Assembly (NCBI RefSeq): GCF_004010195.1
Contig: NC_057752.1
Span: forward strand, 16,313,916-16,353,196
Direction of reading: 5' to 3'
From: Chiloscyllium plagiosum
Lineage: Eukaryota
Length of the DNA: 39,281 nucleotides
The position numbers and the translations under genes were made by a program. Shown one piece after another: positions 38,095-39,281 of the stretch. Within the stretch, counting starts at the first letter, position 1. Each line of letters begins with the position of its first letter. The notes beneath the pieces are model-generated. The model had not been told where the DNA came from. It did no database searches and saw nothing but the letters and a program-made list of their open reading frames with translations.

Positions 38095-38619
38095 AGGTAA
38101 TAAAGCAGAGCAAGATATACAATATTACGGATGCAGAGAAGGTGCAAAGAGAGCGAGTTAAATTGGAGGTTTGAGCAGTCCACAATGCAGCACCCAAACT
38201 TTAACACAGTACTCTAGCTCAGGTCTGTCTCGTGTGTGGGGGAACATTCAACAGAACCTTTCTCCTCTGCCCCTACAAATAAACACGAGAACACTGTGTG
38301 GTTCATTAACTACCCTCCCAACCAATTATGCACAAAGGCACTCTGACCCCACAATCCCTTCAGAGTATTTTATGTTTTCCCATCTTTCTTTCTTGCAAAA
38401 TGCGTCACTTCACATTTAATGTCACCAACAGACCCTACGATGTACAAGCAGAAAGAGACTTTAAATCCTCAATTCCACTTTAGATGACCTACAGTGGGAT
38501 GCCCTTCAGAGGGTCAGTGTAACGCTGGATGGGCCAAATGGCCTCTGTCTGCAGCAGGGGAGACTTATCAGAATGTAGGAGTTGACATTCCAAAACAGAC
38601 TCTATGGGTCAATACCAAC

Positions 38620-39281
38620 CATTGGCTGGAGGGGGCGCTGCAACGGGAGGACCGCAGTGAGCTCCCCCTGGCGGCGGGAGGACCGCGGTGAGCACCCTCT
38701 GGTGGCGGGAGGACCGCATTGAGCGCCCCCTGGCAACGGGAGAACCGCAGTGAGCTCCCCCTGGCGGCGGGAGGACCGCGGTGAGCACCCGACCGCAGTG
38801 AGCGCCCCCTGGCGGCGGGAGGACCGCAGTGAGCGCCCCCTGGCGGCGGGAGGACCGCGGTGAGCTCCCCCTGGCGGCGGGAGGACCGCAGTAAGCGCCC
38901 CCTGGCGGCGGGAGGACCGCAGTGAGCTCCCCCCTGGCGGCGGGAGGACCGCAGTGAGCTCCCCCTGGCGGCGGGAGGACCGCAGTGAGCGCCCCCTGGC
39001 GGCGGGAGGACCGCGGTGTTTCTCCGGGAGAGGGTGAGGTCGGAGCGGAGTTGCCGCGCGGGCCGCAGTGTTGGTGAGTCCAGGCCTCAGGCCTCAGGCC
39101 CAGGAGGGGAGGCCGGGCCGGGGCCGGGGGTAGCTCAGGGTGTGGGGTCACCCTCGGCGTCAGAGCGCAGCCCCGGGGGGAGCCCGGGGCCCAGGGCCCA
39201 GGCCGCGGGAGGAAGGTCCCGGACCCTCCCCCCGCCCGGATCCGCCGGTCTATCCCCCTCCCCCCCCCCCCCATCTCTCCC
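38620..39281. promoter_or_regulatory. CpG island, probable promoter or non-coding first exon of a gene beyond the window
   Basis: Very high GC and CpG content; ATTGG at 38621; donor-like TTG|GTGAGT at 39074. Confidence 0.6.
38645..39018. repeat. 31-bp GC-rich tandem repeat, about 11.5 copies, each carrying a CTCF-like core
   Basis: Unit CCGCAGTGAGC(G/T)CCCCCTGGCGGCGGGAGGA; its reverse complement contains CCGCCAGGGGGCGC. Confidence 0.85.

Noticed and set aside
38609..39274. 221-aa Pro/Gly/Ala-rich minus-strand ORF, and similar ORFs at 28936-30209
   Set aside because: GC-rich repeat or CpG-island sequence lacks stop codons by composition; no recognisable homology.

Overview
Vertebrate genomic DNA, very probably from a shark (HE1-type tRNA SINEs, CR1/HER1 LINE fragments, Penelope-type ends, a 70-bp minisatellite). 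Three protein genes are readable. (1) The last six coding exons of SRRT/ARS2 on the minus strand (15931 down to 1617), all GT-AG and phase-consistent; the 5' part of the gene is absent beyond a 500-N gap. (2) A C2orf72/DUF4630-like gene on the minus strand (exon 1 19062..19815, probable exon 2 17694..17944). (3) A complete 3-exon, 66-aa SERP/RAMP4 gene on the plus strand (29671..33934) with a CCAAT/ACGT-rich CpG-island promoter. Between genes 2 and 3 lies a ~8.5-kb 33-bp minisatellite with an exact 19-unit (627-bp) higher-order period; its three giant ORFs are by-products of the repeat, and its length may be an assembly artefact. The most interesting signals are inverted 70-bp arrays bracketing a frame-preserving 90-nt SRRT exon, a tandem array of about 11 CTCF-like sites at the CpG island at the window end, a divergent SERP paralog, and decayed Penelope hammerhead-ribozyme ends including a hairpin insertion flanked by a direct repeat. 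I cannot demonstrate a novel biological system from the sequence alone. Family assignments and comparisons to human proteins are from memory, not database searches.
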